In this document: one piece after another, positions 38,761-52,752 of the stretch | Numbering within the stretch: the first letter of the stretch is position 1 | Layout: each line of letters starts with the position of its first letter | Origin: Eledone cirrhosa | Taxonomy: Eukaryota | Assembly (NCBI GenBank): GCA_964016885.1 | Contig: OZ024741.1 | Coordinates: 266,662,001-266,726,000 of the forward strand | Length of the DNA stretch: 64,000 nt | Reading direction: 5' to 3' | Made by a program: the position numbers and the translations under genes | The notes under the pieces: model-generated | Told to the model about the DNA's origin: nothing | The model's database searches: none | Seen by the model: only the letters and a program-made list of their open reading frames with translations

Positions 38761-39988
38761 ACTATATGATGCAATTAACAGCTATGCTATTGAAATTTTT
38801 ATTTTTATGTCTCTTTATACTGTTTATGGCAAGCTAAATAAAACTAGTAGCATTGAAAGCATGTATACACAGCAATGTGTGTATATATATATGTATATAT
38901 ACAGACACACACACACACACACACATATATATTTCATATGTATGTATATAAACACACATGCATACATATAGATTAGTTGATGCATATATCAACTATATAT
39001 ATATACTATGTATATATATTTGATATGTGTGTGTGTGTATGTGTGTATATATATATATGTATGTATGTGTATATATATATATATATAGACACACATATGT
39101 ATATGCATACACACGTTTATTGGTCGATATATATATCAGCTATATATGTATATGTATACATATGAGTGTATGTATATATGATATATATCACACATATACA
39201 TGTGTATACATGTTTGTGCGTGTGTGTGATATTAAGTAAAACCTGTCATGCTAAGAATTCTAATGTAAGAAATGTTCAAGAAAGAAGAAAGAAAATGTTT
39301 GACCTGAGTTAATATTACGGCAGTCGGGAAATATGAAGGGGACATTTGTTTATTTTTTATTTTACTTTTCATGATATTTTCCCTTTGTGTTGGAGGGAAA
39401 CACCTTTCTCTTTTATTTCTGTTTTTTGTTTGTTTTTGTCTCCTTTGTGTTTAGTTATAAAATATCTATTTTAATTTTTTAAATTGTTGATTTAATTATT
39501 TAAATAACACTTGTCCTACACTTTTTTTTTTTTCATATTTACCTGGTGTTATTTATCTCTGATGTTTATTAATGTTTATTGGTACGTTCATTACACAACA
39601 TCCAGATATACAAATAACTCCCTCGCACACACATATACATACATACACATAAACACATCTGTTAGACAACTGTAAGGATAAGTGGATAGTTGCTCTGCCC
39701 ATTTTAACTTTATCTATCTATCTATCTCTTTCTGGCACAGTCCTTTCCTTAATGTCATTCCTCATGCATTTATAATGAAGTTATTAATGAGCTATTTAAT
39801 GTTCCAAATAATTTTGAAAGAAGTATATATCTATCTATATATATATATATATACATATTAAATAAATACATACATAAAAATATAAAATACTATATGTACA
39901 TATATATATATATAATATATGTGCTTATATATGTGTATGTATGCATATATGTGTGTATATATGTATATATAATGTGCATATATAAGTA

Positions 39989-40027
<39 letters not shown>

Positions 40028-40400
40028 CCTCTTGCTGTCCAGTTGTTTCAACTTGACCACTGCCACCCTCCAACTCAGTAAAGGCCTCTACATATTAAAC
40101 TGTTCACTTTCTTGGATGATGTTCCTTACCAATGTTTCTATAGCCCAATCTCCCCTCCCCTTCCAATGATGCTATGTTTAGTGAGGTTTCTAAATGTGGT
40201 TTCTATGGTGATATTTCTGTAAGCTCCTTCCTTTTTGTCTTTGGGGTTCCCACCTTGCTATATTTGCAAATCTTCAGCTGCTTGCTTCTTTTCCCCTATG
40301 TGTCTGCCATACAGATGATGATGATGATGATGATTATAATAATGATGCTTTCCGCAGCAGAAGTGACATTCTTGTACCAAACTTAAAGAATAAAGGTTAT
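37187..40400 (+). other. Probable long 3' UTR of adducin (3' end uncertain)
   Basis: Follows the stop codon. Largely free of interspersed repeats, microsatellite- and U-rich. AATAAA near 40389. Confidence 0.45.
38040..38270. repeat. Compound minisatellite in the putative 3' UTR
   Basis: Recurring acatgtaggaatattggagtactag and acatgttggaatagtggatcaatg units. Confidence 0.85.
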
Positions 40401-40479
40401 ATTATGATTCTTTTTTTTATCTTGTTTTTTTTTTTTCTATCCCTTCCAAAATAATTTTTTTCTGAGAAACTGGATTTAA

Positions 40480-40850
40480 AAGGAATCCAAGGTGGTGTGC
40501 AGGAGAGAAAATTGCGTTGATATAGACATATGATGTGCATGGTTGATCCTTATATATGATGGAAGGTTTTAATTTAAATAGAAACCCTTTAAAATAGGTG
40601 GCTTTATTTCATAGAATGCATGAGATGCACATGAACAATGATCATTAGGTGAAGAAGTGTCAGGAAATGCCAGTGGAAGGAAGCCGCAGTATAGATAGAC
40701 TGAGAAAGACCTGGGCAGAGGTGGTGAGAGCTGACCTCAAATCATTGAGACTCACAGGGGAGATGACAAAGGAGCACGGCGAGTGGAGATATGCGCTGAG
40801 AAGGATCTGTGCAAGCGTGGAAAAATGGATGTAAAAACAATGATGATATT
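40480..40850 (+). mobile_element. RTE-like LINE 3' end
   Basis: VKKCQEMPVEGSR...RKTWAEVVRADLKSLRLT. Its tail gcaagcgtggaaaaatggatgtaaaa(atg)n is shared with the local family C SINEs. Confidence 0.7.
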
Positions 40851-41252
40851 TTATTTTGAAATTTAAATTAAAAATGTATTTGTTGTTGTATTATAAATAT
40901 GATGAATCATCAATTGTTAGTGTTGGAATATATACCTCAGTACTTGTTTATGGTTATCTTATCTGAGTTGAAGTCTTGTCTCGGTCAACTTTGTCTTTCA
41001 TCCTTTAAACCGGCCGTATCTGGCCTGAATTCTCTCACATCTTTCTGTTCAAACTGGCCATAACTGGCTGTTCATACTGACATTAAGGTATTGTTCTCAA
41101 AATAAATAACATAAAAATCTTGTAGATTCAATATTATGAGAGATAAAGCCTTTACTACAAAAATACAATAGTATATATAGAGTAATGTAAAGGGTTAGGG
41201 GGTTGATAAAGGGCCCAACCCAGTAGGGGTGTGACAGGCAGAATTAAAGAGT

Positions 41253-41470
41253 TAATAATAGTTTCTGATTTAGGCACAAGGCCAACAATTTGGGTGGGAG
41301 AGGAAAGTCGATTAAATCGATCCAATGCACTACTGGTACTTTATTTTATCAACCTTGTAAGGATGAAAGGCAAAGCTAATTACGACAGGATTTGAACTTG
41401 GAACGTAAAAGGACGTAACTCTATAATGCAAAGTATGTCCGATGCTCTACCAATTCTGACAATCCACTGC
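41253..41470 (-). mobile_element. Family A SINE
   Basis: Reverse complement of the 36836-37026 consensus. Confidence 0.82.
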
Positions 41471-42849
41471 CCTATATATTATTTAATAAGTATTTTTATG
41501 GTAAGATTGATTCCTCACAGAGGATTATACCCTGATAAGTAGATCTTATGTATCTGACCAGCAAGATTGTATCTAGATGTAGATCTTTCATAGAACAATA
41601 TTAGGTGATAGTTGTCTGTAGTTAATATTTGATATGTTCTGCACTTCATGACACAGTTTGGTGAGATTCATTCTTCAGAGAGGGACATCATGGTATAACA
41701 GATTGTCCAGATGTGTGTAGCTTGTGTCTTTAGCCAGATAGACATCTGTAGGTATGTTCACCACTACACAGTAGTTGTATACAATTATGTATGTTGATAG
41801 CCATGTTTCTGTTTTCTTTCACAGCCAGTTTGACATTGTCAGTGACTGATGCCTTACCATTCTCTGGTTTGTCCAACTTTTTATTTAATTATTCATCTAT
41901 TTCTGTTTGGAAGAAAATACAACATAAAACAAGCATTTTAAGGTCATTTCTCCTGCTGAAATGAGTTAACCCTGTGGGACCACATGACAAGTATTTGAAG
42001 GTCATTTCTCCTGCTAAACATTGCAGGCCTCATGACACAACACACATTTGAAGGCTAATAGCATCAGATACTAGGTTGTCTCACTCTTGAAACATCCTAA
42101 CATCCCAATAAAAACTAAAGCTAAGCTGATTAACTCCATTCCCACACTCACACACCAATTCCTAACCTGGACCCTGACTAAGACCCTAAGAGCATAAAAT
42201 CATGACTTGAGTTGTGTTGCCTGACAAGATAGACTCAGAAATAGTGAAGACAGCACTAATCCTTTGCCACAGTAATAACATAGCGTTTGATGTTTGGACA
42301 CATCACAAGAATGTCACCCTACCAACCAGTGTAACACAAATATGTCTGGCCACACTGTTAAAGGGTGAACTCGGAAGGAGTGGATTGGCAATGTCAACAT
42401 ATTCCTGACATTCTCACATGGTGTTAAGTCAAACCATCCAGCTTGCAGCAGGATGGTGGTTCTTTCTTCCTATGACACATCCAAGGGTACAAGTGGAAAG
42501 ATTTAAAAAGTATAAAGTGAAATGTTCTTCCTGATAGCAATGTCTAACCAGTCAGCAGCAGGACTTCTAAACAAATATCACCACCTGAAAAGACAAAAAT
42601 CAAACACGGGTTAAATACTAAATATTTATGCTGAAGCAGCATGTATTAGTATCCACACATTCTAATGTAGCTGAAAAGTAAGATATTTCTGAACACTTAT
42701 ATACAGAATAATTAAGAATTCTAGTTAAAAGGAGTTTGTGTGATATATATATGACAATGTCACTGGATTGAGATCTTTGGTGCTATGCAGTTGTACAGAA
42801 GACCTGCCTTCCCTTGCATACAAACCTAGTCAGTAGGCACCTCTTAACC

Positions 42850-43131
42850 CAATAGACATCCTCCCATTTCCGTCCACTGTAGGTGACAGCAAAAAGCACC
42901 CAGTCCACACTGTAAAGTGGTCGTGTATGAGACACGGTAAAAAGGCTCCCAGTCCACACTGTAAAGGTGGTTGGTGTTAGGAAGGGCATCCAGCCGTAGA
43001 AAACCTGCCAGAGGCACTTCCGTACGAGCGAGACACGGTCTGCCGACCAATCCCACATCAACTGGAACAAAACTGTCTAACCCATGCTAGCGTGGAAGAT
43101 GGACGTTAAAAGATGATGATGATGATGATGA
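42850..43131 (+). mobile_element. SINE with RTE-type tail (family C)
   Basis: gttaggaagggcatccagccgtagaaa...aacccatgctagcgtggaagatggacgttaaaa(gat)n. Relatives at ~9230-9440, ~31600 and 44215-44515. Confidence 0.75.
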
Positions 43132-43414
43132 TATATAATTCGAAAGTGAAAGATATACGTATGTATAGAGAGAACAAGGACCATATATACAAGAGAATAC
43201 ACAATGTTATATATATACAAAGCACATATTTCAAAGAGAAATATGTGCTCAAGATGGAAACAATAAAATACCCTATAGCGCTATTTCATGCCTTATAAAC
43301 CACAACCTAAAATTGATCTATGTAATCGATCATTGATCACAACCTATCAATTTTGGTTAAGTTACAGGAGACGCAAGACAATCACATTTGTGTGTGTATG
43401 TATGCATGCATATA

Positions 43415-43446
<32 letters not shown>

Positions 43447-44214
43447 GTGTGTGTGTGTGTCTTTAGCAAGGTCCGACTTCCACACTGATCTCAAACTACG
43501 CAAGTGAGTATTTGCGCATATACACGTGTGTGTATGTATATGTGTATGCATAAGCGCATACTTATGCACGGGCCTAAATCTTGTAACAATACTTTGTTTT
43601 CTCTTGGCACAAAGCCAGCAATTACCCAGTGCATAAAGTACCAGTAATGCACTACGTAATTGCTGGCCTTGTGCCAATAGTAGAAACATTTATTTATTTT
43701 TACTATTATTAATAACCTGTCATTTTCGTTTAATAATTTTATGTACATTATTCTCAAACTCCGAAGCTGGAAATCATTCGATTATTCAAAATAAAATATT
43801 AGTCTAATGATTTCTTTTATAGCATAAATGTATTTTTGTCTTTGCAAGAAATTGCTCTTCTAGCTCAAAAACAAACCAAAAACGTTTATCATATTTTTAA
43901 AATATTTGAAAATAACAAAAAAACGACGTAATTATCGTCGCATTTTTCGTCCATCGCTAGAGAACGTCTTCACGAACCAAAGTAACGTCTTCCTGTTTCC
44001 CTTCGGTTGTAACGTTTTTCGAAATATTTACTTCTGCGTCCACGGATTAATTTTTTTTTTTCAGTTTCAGAAGATCCCATTAAGGGCGAAAGCAACGATT
44101 ATTTGCTTTCATCTGTTCTTTATTTATATATATATCGGGAATTTTACTCGCCCTAGAATATATTCTAGGGCGGGTAAAATATATATATATACTACACTAT
44201 GTAGTACAAGCCAA

Positions 44215-44515
44215 AGCTGAAACATGTAGACAGTATGCCCCCAACCTCCTCCCACTATAAAGTGGTCGTGTAGGTGTCACGACAAAAAAGCACCCAGCCC
44301 ACACTATAGTGGTTGTGTAGGCGCCACGGTAAAAAGCACCAGTACTCACTGTAATTGGGGTTGGTGTTAGGAAGGGCATCCATCTATAGAAATCCGGCCC
44401 AAATCAGTTCTGTATGAGCAAGACATGGTCGCCTGGCCTGGCATTGCCCACAACAGGACAACCCGTCTAACCCATGCTAGCGTGGAAGAATAGGCGTAAA
44501 ACTGATGATGATAAT
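44215..44515 (+). mobile_element. SINE with RTE-type tail (family C)
   Basis: Same tail and internal aaaagcacccag.ccacact sub-repeats as 42850-43131. Confidence 0.75.
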
Positions 44516-44739
44516 GTGAGTGTGTGAAGGTGCAAGGTAAATTTGGCAATAGACGTTTGTCACTGGGCAACAGTCGGTAAATACATAAATATATATAAAT
44601 GTATTAGTAAAAAATAAATAAATGTATTTACTACGGTTACATTTGACTAAAATAATTCCTTATATTGCACACTCTCAGGCATTCTAAATATAGTAATAAC
44701 TAAAACAGCGATTTGAGAAAAGGAATATATATATTTTAT

Positions 44740-47105
44740 ATATTAATTTACAGTAGAATAACGTTGCAAATATGTTTTAAATATATACATAAATAACATA
44801 ACAAATATAAAATCATGAACAAAAGTGATAAAGGAAAGAAAGAAAGAAAAAAAAAGGGGAAGGGTGGCAATTCACCACCAAGTGCGACAATCGGCGACAA
44901 CTCACCTTGGGTGTTTATTGTACACTTCCAGAACACATTTGCAGCATTACCGCGGGTGATGACGAGGCTAATGCGGTGAAATAACCAGGCACCCTCACGG
45001 GCATCACCTCGCACTTCAGTAAGGTGAGCTGCCAGTGAAGACAAGAACTTCGTTGTCAGCAGCCCAACTCCACCGAACGTCTCGAACGCCATAGGCTGGA
45101 AAAAATAATTGTTTGATAAGTCCTGGTATTTCCGAATTTTATTCCGTTCGGCAACGGAAGCAGTGACCCCCCCCCCCCACACACACACACATTCACCGCG
45201 GCGTCCATGATGTGGGAGGGGGCAAAAGAGTCACTGACTGTGACGTCCCAGGTGAGACATCTACCTCTCACATCTGGATAAACCGCCGGCTCCAGAATTG
45301 TGGGGATATTAACCCGCGCCAGGGCCCGTTTGATGATCAGGTTTAGCTCCGTGTGACAAACCATGTAAACCTGTGGAAACGAGGGATCTACTACAGCGGC
45401 ATTTCAGAATCCACAGACGTCGGCTGCCATACGAAGTGCAATGGAGATATAGAGTTCGTCCTGACTGAGAAGGCCAGCAATGTTGACCACAGGCAGGGTA
45501 TCAATCCAGTCCCCCGAACTTTGAGCTAGCAGAAAGTAAGCGGCTCCTAGAAAATTGATCGGAAAGATCAAAGAGAGAGTTGAAAGTTTCCCTCGAGTGC
45601 AGATTGTCCCATACTCTCTGCTTGTCTATCATCATCAGTAACTAGAACTGACAAACCTTTCTCTCCCCACTGTAATAAAGCTTCACCCAACTCCCTGGTG
45701 GAACTAGTCTAAGTTGGGAAGGAGAGGATGTCACCTACTAAAGGGGAGCAGGCGTGGATGGAGGAAAGAAAGCAAGGTCGGGACAATGAAGTACACTTAC
45801 GCAAACCGGGACCTCCAAACCATTTGGGTAAGGCAGCTTGGTCGGGACTCGGGAGAGAGTCGGACATTGACCAAACCCTCTATCGCACTGAATATAAGAT
45901 CGTCGAAGCGTTGAAGAGACAACGAGCGTTTGTAAGAGGGACTAACACTGAGGAAATACAACTTAGTGATTGACAGATAATTCCGAAGAATGAAAAAACC
46001 TTGGTGAGCCTCAATGACTTAGAGGTTTTTTAAAAGATGCTTGAGGTTAGCCAACTTAGATTGAAAGATGGACTCGAAGGCTTGGTCAGTAACTGGGGCC
46101 CCAAGGGAGCACCACGCCGATGGGGAGAAACCGCGATGGAGGGTAAAGATTCTATGAACAGGTCAACAGTCTCTTGATGTGAAGCTGAGTGGTTGAGGAG
46201 TCAGAGCTCGCATTTGGAACTGTTGATGTGAAGGCCCCTACGGCCCAACTCCTCAATCATTGTCTTCTCAGTTGCAAGAACCTTGTCTGGAGGATTGCCC
46301 CCAAGCAAGCATCATCCAGATACCAGACATTCAAATCCAGGTCAGCTCCCAACTTGATGATGTCATCAATGCCTAGAGCGAAAAGTGCAGGTCCGAGCCG
46401 GTCGTCATATTGGACCTCTGTGGCAGATAAAAAGATATGGTCACTGAAGGTGAGGCAAGAGGGCTCTCGGTAAGCTTGCCAAGCAAAGTGATAAAGCTGC
46501 GGTGCCCACTCCTTTAATGGGCGGAAGATGACATCCCGACTGATAGAATTAAAAGCATTCCTAAGATCCAACTTCGGAGTTTCGGAAGGAAAGTTGGTAA
46601 ATGTTCTGGTGGCGTGAGCGGCAGCCTCACAACCCAGCTTGGTACCCACCCCTAGCTGAATAGAGAAAAACTCAGCGGACAGACAGTCTGAAATCGAAGA
46701 CAGACACTCCTTCGCGGTGAGCCGTCGCAGAGTGCATCCAACTGCTATGGGGCAGAGGTCACTGTTGGGCTTTGTGAGACCAAACAGTTTAGCTCCAAAG
46801 AACGAGGGGCGGATATAAGAGAGGACATTCTCTTACGAGAACAGGCTGGTAAAATTGGTGAAATGTGTGAGGTTCTCTAAGAGCTCAAGGACGGCATCTC
46901 TGGCCAACAAGGATACACCATCCTTGAGGTGTTGAGGTCGAAGACCATCAATCCCAGCACCAGAACCTGCCGGAAAGGATATCATCGCCTTCCTGGCGAT
47001 AGCTGGGGTGAAACCAGGCTGCAAAAGACCTGGTGGATCGGGCCAGTGTAAGTGGTCATTCGGAGGAGCCAGAGGATATTTCCCTCTCAGTCGAGTGAGT
47101 GACTC
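44740..47105 (-). mobile_element. Decayed CRE-clade non-LTR retrotransposon (RT + restriction-like endonuclease), frameshifted
   Basis: Fragments SFPAGSGAGIDGLRPQHLKD, GCEAAAHATR, KLDLRNAFNSI, LGPALFAL, WYLDDA, HTELNLIIKRAL, LTWDVTVSDSFAPSH, FQPMAFETFGGVG and LFHRISLVITRGNA occur in the expected order. Confidence 0.88.
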
Positions 47106-47155
47106 TGTAATTTTATATACATATACGTCAAAAATAAAGAATGAAAAGAAAGCAA

Positions 47156-47698
47156 CTTTGTCTCACTCAACAGACGATATTTACTTTATGTATCTGTGTG
47201 TAAGGGTCCTTTGTTTCACTCAACAGACGATATTTACTTTATGTATCTGTGTGTAAGGGTCCTTTGTCTCACTCAACAGACGATATTTACTTTATGTATC
47301 TGTGTGTAAGGGTCCTTTGTCTCACTCAACAGACGATATTTACTTTATGTATCTGTGTGTAAGGGTCATTTGTCTCACTCAACAGACGATATTTACTTTA
47401 TGTATCTGTGTGTAAGGGTCATTTGTCTCACTCAACAGACGATATTTACTTTATGTATCTGTGTGTAAGGGTCCTTTGTTTCACTCAACAGACGATATTT
47501 ACTTTATGTATCTGTGTGTAAGGGTCCTTTGTCTCACTCAACAGACGATATTTACTTTATGTATCTGTGTGTAAGGGTCCTTTGTCTCACTCAACAGACG
47601 ATATTTACTTTATGTATCTGTGTGTAAGGGTCCTTTGTCTCACTCAACAGAAGATATTTACTTTATGTATCTGTGTGTAAGGGTCCTTTGTCTCACTC
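47156..47698. repeat. Minisatellite, 53-bp unit, ~10 copies
   Basis: Unit ctttgtctcactcaacagacgatatttactttatgtatctgtgtgtaagggtc; units nearly identical. Confidence 0.97.
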
Positions 47699-48519
47699 GT
47701 TACCTGCCATTTTTGTCAGTTTGTGTAATCCTCCTTCAACTCACATGTCAATTATCTCTCCCAGTGCTGAGTCACTGGATATAAGAATTGCCAGGCAAAG
47801 TTATCCATTTTTAAATTTCTGTTAAGATTAAAATATAATACGATATTTATTTGCAGAATTCAGTCATTAGACTGTGGCTATGTCATATTCAAGGGATTTA
47901 GTTGACCATATAGATCCGGTACTTACTTTTTTTCCATCTATTTCTTATTGAACTGCTATGCTATATCAAAGGACATTAACAAGTGTCAACCTATTAGATT
48001 CCACTCATAAGGAATTAGTCTCGCTCGAGGCTATATAGTTGACACATACTCAACCCCGTGGTAGCGGAGTGAACTCTTTAATCACACTGCTATATCTCTT
48101 CTTTTTAAACAGAGATGTAGTGTATGTAAACAAACAATTGTCAAGTACCACAAGAAAGGGAAGTAACTGCAATGAATATTTAAGGGCGATAACTTGGTAA
48201 AACATTTTACTTTCACATTTAAAATCGTTAGAAACAATTGAGTTATTCATTGGTTATATTCTTTTTTTCCCTCCCAACAAGGTTTAGATCTCTAGCAAAC
48301 CAACTACTTTTCTAAACTAAACTGTCTTTCTGTCTCTATACCTGTCTATTTCTCTCTAGCCATCTCTTTCTCTATATCTAGCGATCCTCCCTCTCTCTCT
48401 CTGTATATATATATATATAATCAATTTATAAAGTTATTTGTTTCCAATACTTAGACAGAGAGAAAGATGTAGAGAGAGAGGGATCTGGTGTTCTACCTTT
48501 CCAGTAGATGAACAATCAT

Positions 48520-48632
48520 TCCCTGAGAATAAGGGAATCCAAAACATACACAGCTACATTCCTCAATCTTTGCATATGCGTGTTGCTATTTCACGTTTCC
48601 TACCCCGTGCAACGCCGGGTCCTGCTGCTAGT
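48520..48632 (+). mobile_element. Helitron-like 3' terminus
   Basis: GC hairpin cccgtgcaacgccggg followed 9 nt later by CTAG|T. A weaker similar end lies at ~2049-2077. Confidence 0.5.
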
Positions 48633-49251
48633 ATATATATGTATATATAGCTAGATATCTCTCCACCTCCACCCCTAGGTATCCCCGAAGTGGTCGACAT
48701 CGCCCGTTTTTGTTACTCGATGGGACTACCCGGGGAGGGAGGTATCAATTGAACTTTGGTCCCAAACCTGACATTTGTATAAGAGAAAATACATAAAGTA
48801 CTCTAATAAAACACAAGTTGTTTATACAGGTTTCTGACTTATATATAATTAGTTTTTATTGTCTGTTTTATTTGATATTTTGTTTACTAATTTATTTATT
48901 TTTATTTATTTACTTTTTTATTCTTCTAAGTTGTTCTTTTTTGATAACTATTTTATTAGTGTTTGTATTTAACCAGACACGTAGTTAAGATACAATGATT
49001 TAATCAAATTTATATTTAGTTAAACACAGAAAAAGAACGTAATAGAAACTACTATGAATGTTATAAATGAGAAGGGGGGAGCAATGCTTATTTGGCAACG
49101 AAAGAAAGAAAGGGGAAAGGGTTGATGTGGGAGGGGGGAAAGGGTTGATGTGGGAGGGTGTCAAGGATTCCAGGGATGGAGGTAGGGATCATGGTCTAAA
49201 ACGTTGGGGGACCTCTACGTAATAGTGTGCCCCATTCCCAAGAGGGGAGGA

Positions 49252-49690
49252 ACTTACCCTGTCCTTGCCTATCACACACACTTTCCACACTTCAAAGGTG
49301 ATGTAAAACTGCTGTAATGTAATATAAATTGGCTATACTCTCTAGCAATATTTCCGCCATCTTGTCCACGGTACATAGCTGAAATATACACCTCAAGCCA
49401 TGGATGAAGTTTGCCCCCTCCTCATTTCTTTTTTTTTTTTCTTCTTTCTTTATATTCTTTTTTCGCTTTTTTTGTCATTATGATATTCTCAAACATATTT
49501 TGAAAATTTCAAATTAATAAAAGTAGGTGTACCGGGGGAAAAAATTATCAATAAAAAAAAAATAAAAAAAAAATATAGAATCTAGGGGGAGATAATCCTG
49601 TTTTTTTTTAAAGTAAAGCAGACGGCGAAATAATGGCTGAATGAGCGTATTCTGGATTTTATCTGTTTTTCTGTGGTAAGTTTGGAACTG
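49252..49690. promoter_or_regulatory. Candidate bidirectional promoter with divergent non-coding first exons
   Basis: YY1-type CCGCCATCTT at 49354, ATTGG (CCAAT) at 49328, minus-strand donor CAGG|GTAAGT at 49257 and plus-strand donor G|GTAAGT at 49676. Confidence 0.35.
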
Positions 49691-49779
49691 TCTTGTTATT
49701 GAATTATATATTAGTTAGTTGTTTATTTACATATTTATACGTTTGTTTGTTTGTTTATTTATTTATTTGTTTATCTATT

Positions 49780-50215
49780 TGTGTGAGTCTGTAAGAAGAT
49801 ACTGTGATAAGTTGTGTCTGAGTCTGTGAGAACATACTGGGATATGTTGTGTCTGAGTCTGTGAGAACATACTGGGATATGTTGTGTCTGTGTCTGAGAA
49901 GAGATTCTGGGATATATTGTGTCTGAGTCTGTGAGAAGATATTAAGATATATTGTGTCTGAGTCTGTGAGAAGATACTGGGATATATTGTGTCTGAGTCT
50001 GTGAAGAGATACTGGAATATATTGTGTCTGAGTCTGTGAAGAGATACTGGAATATATTATGTCTGAGTCTGTGAGGAAATACTGTGGTATGTTGTCTGAG
50101 TTTGTAAGAAGATACTGGGATATATTTTGCCTGTCTGAGTCTGTGAAGATATTGAGATATATTGTGTCTGAGCCTGTGAAGATATTGAGATATATTGTGT
50201 CTGAGTTTGTGAGAA
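49780..50215. repeat. Minisatellite, ~33-36-bp unit
   Basis: Unit gtgtctgagtctgtgagaagatactgggatatatt. Confidence 0.92.
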
Positions 50216-50524
50216 ACTAGTAGTTCTGTTGTATTCAGTAAGGCAAGAGTTTCCATGTTGTTGTTGACAAGACATATCTCTAATGTATTAAAAGAACAAA
50301 GACCAACATTTCATGTAAACAGATTTTATTCCCTCAGCCACTACACAACAACATTGGTTCTAAAACCTGTTTTATTTTTACACATGACATACTTTTGAAC
50401 ATGTTACATTATTTTGGAGCAATTTGTAATTAAATTCGAAATTTTATTCAAAAGATATATTTATATATATTACCATAGCATAAAGAAATATAAAAATACA
50501 GAAAAATTATTTGTACTTCCTTTT

Positions 50525-50963
50525 TAGTCAACATCTACACACTGTATCCATATATACTGTCAACATATACACGCTGTATCTATATATACAGTCAATATAT
50601 ACACACTGTATCTCTATATACAGTCAACATCTACACACTGTTTCTATATAACTAGTAAATATCTACACACTGTATCTATATATGCAGTCAATATATCTAG
50701 TTAACATCTACCCACTGTCTATATATCCAGTCAACATCTTCACACTGTATACATATAATTAGTAAATATCTATACACCATCTATAAATACAATCAACATC
50801 TACTCACTGTATCTATATATACAGTCAACATAAATGCATTGTATCTATATATATACAGTCAACATGTACAAGCTGTGTATATATATATACAGTCAACATG
50901 TACAAGCTGTGTATATATATACAGTCAACATGTACAAGCTGTGTATATATATATATACAGTCA
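50525..50963. repeat. Degenerate minisatellite, ~32-bp unit
   Basis: Unit cagtcaacatctacacactgtatctatatata. Confidence 0.88.
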
Positions 50964-51399
50964 AGTACTTGAAATTGTAATTCAGTAAGAATAACAATTA
51001 AAAGAGAGAAGAATTGATACCCCATAGTGTGTGTATAAAGTACTGGACATTTTAAACTTAGCTTAGTGGACCCTAGTACTACTGTTATGGATGCTATGCT
51101 GGGAATCACAGCAGGGGCCCTCAGTACTATCTTTATGAACCTCCACTGTGAAAATCACTGCTCTAATGTTATAGACGAAGGAATCTAGGGGGAGACAATC
51201 CTTTTGTTTTTGTGGGGGCTTTTTCAAAAAAAGCAAACGATAGTTAAATATGGCTAACTAACTGAATGTTGGGTTTTACATGATTCTCTGTGTTTGTGTG
51301 GATAGTGTGAACTGTCTTTGTTGGGTTTTCTTTGGAGGTTTGCATTTCTGACTCAAATGTTGGGATCTGTTTTGTTTGGGACTGTGAGAACGCTGTATA

Positions 51400-51660
51400 T
51401 CAACCTAAGGCCCGGCCTCCAGATCTGCGAGCCACACAAATGTCGCTGCAGATCCACCGTAGACTCTTTTGGCTTCTAGCCACCTTCCACGGCATGGTGC
51501 TCTCAACGAACTCATAAAGCATATCTTGGATGTTGCAGGTTTCCCCTTTCAGCTGAACCAAGAGGACGGCAGAAGGCCAGACAACATGACCATCTTCCTT
51601 TTCCACGGTGATAAACCCGTCATCTGGGAAGCCACATGCAGCGACACAGTCTCCACTTTG
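51400..51660 (+). mobile_element. Fragment of a CRE-type restriction-like endonuclease region
   Basis: RHGALNELIKHIL...DGRRPD.MTI...VIWEATCSDT. Confidence 0.75.
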
Positions 51661-51965
51661 TTTTCAATATATACTCTGCCTTAGCATAGAGTCCTGATTT
51701 TGGTACCTGCCTCAGTAAAACACGAATTTACTGAACCACCTATTATATGCATATATATATGACGTATCTGACGACCTTGCGATTTCAGAGTCAGGTTCTA
51801 TCATTACATCGATCTTGCCTCAAGCTGGTCGCCAAAAGAGTCTAATAAATTTTATTCGTCGCAACACTGATTCTCCGTTTCTTATGTGCTATTATACTCT
51901 GCCCTGTAAAAGCATCGAGTGCTCAAACGGCCTACCGCTTATGGACGCTTTAAGCATCCCACACC

Positions 51966-51995
<30 letters not shown>

Positions 51996-52001
<6 letters not shown>

Positions 52002-52752
52002 AATTAGTATATCTACTAACATATATATACAGATGCATACCTATGCTAGCAAATATATAGGTTTTGTCTTAGTAACTTTGTGGTTCAATGCAACGGGATG
52101 CAGAACAATAATATGAAAGACGTGCGTTTCTTCGGAAACTATGTTTATTCCCTTTCAGAAACTAATTAGTTGGAGTGAAATTTTAGTAAGTAAGTTAATT
52201 TTTATAATTTTCTTATTTTACGTCTTTCATATTATTGTTCTGCAACCCCTTGCATTGAACCACAAAGTTACTAAGACAAAACCTATATATTTGCTAGCAA
52301 AGGTATGCATCTGTATATATATGTTAGTAGATATACTAATTCTTTATAATTATCTCCAAATTATTTTGTTGAGCAAAAATTTGCCAAAACAGCTACTATA
52401 GCTCATAGTAATGGTTCGGCTGCTGTCTTCTTAACACACCACTCCTCACTGATTAACCTCGATGTCACGTGATTGATTCTTTTGAATTTGCCACCGACCG
52501 AGTAGGCAGTGATTTTTTTCAATGTCTTGGAACTTAGTCCACGCTTTGCTTTTTTCCATCCACTGAATTATTTTTGTATAAGTTCCCTGTGTCCACGCAT
52601 TGCCTGGAAACTTAGCTGAGAATAGACTTCCCTGATGACGAAAGGATTTCTCCGTGCGTTTATTCGGAAACTATGTTTATTCCCTTTCAGAAACTAATTA
52701 GTTGGAGTGAAATTTTAGTATGTTAATTTTTATAATTTTCTTATTTTACGTC

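Noticed and set aside
42214-42408. 64-aa ORF downstream of adducin
   Set aside because: No recognisable product. Another frame shows an FGHITR remnant, suggesting a decayed RTE fragment.
51768-51850. CTGACGA hammerhead-like 5' core
   Set aside because: No matching GAAA..TH segment or stem I partner found downstream.
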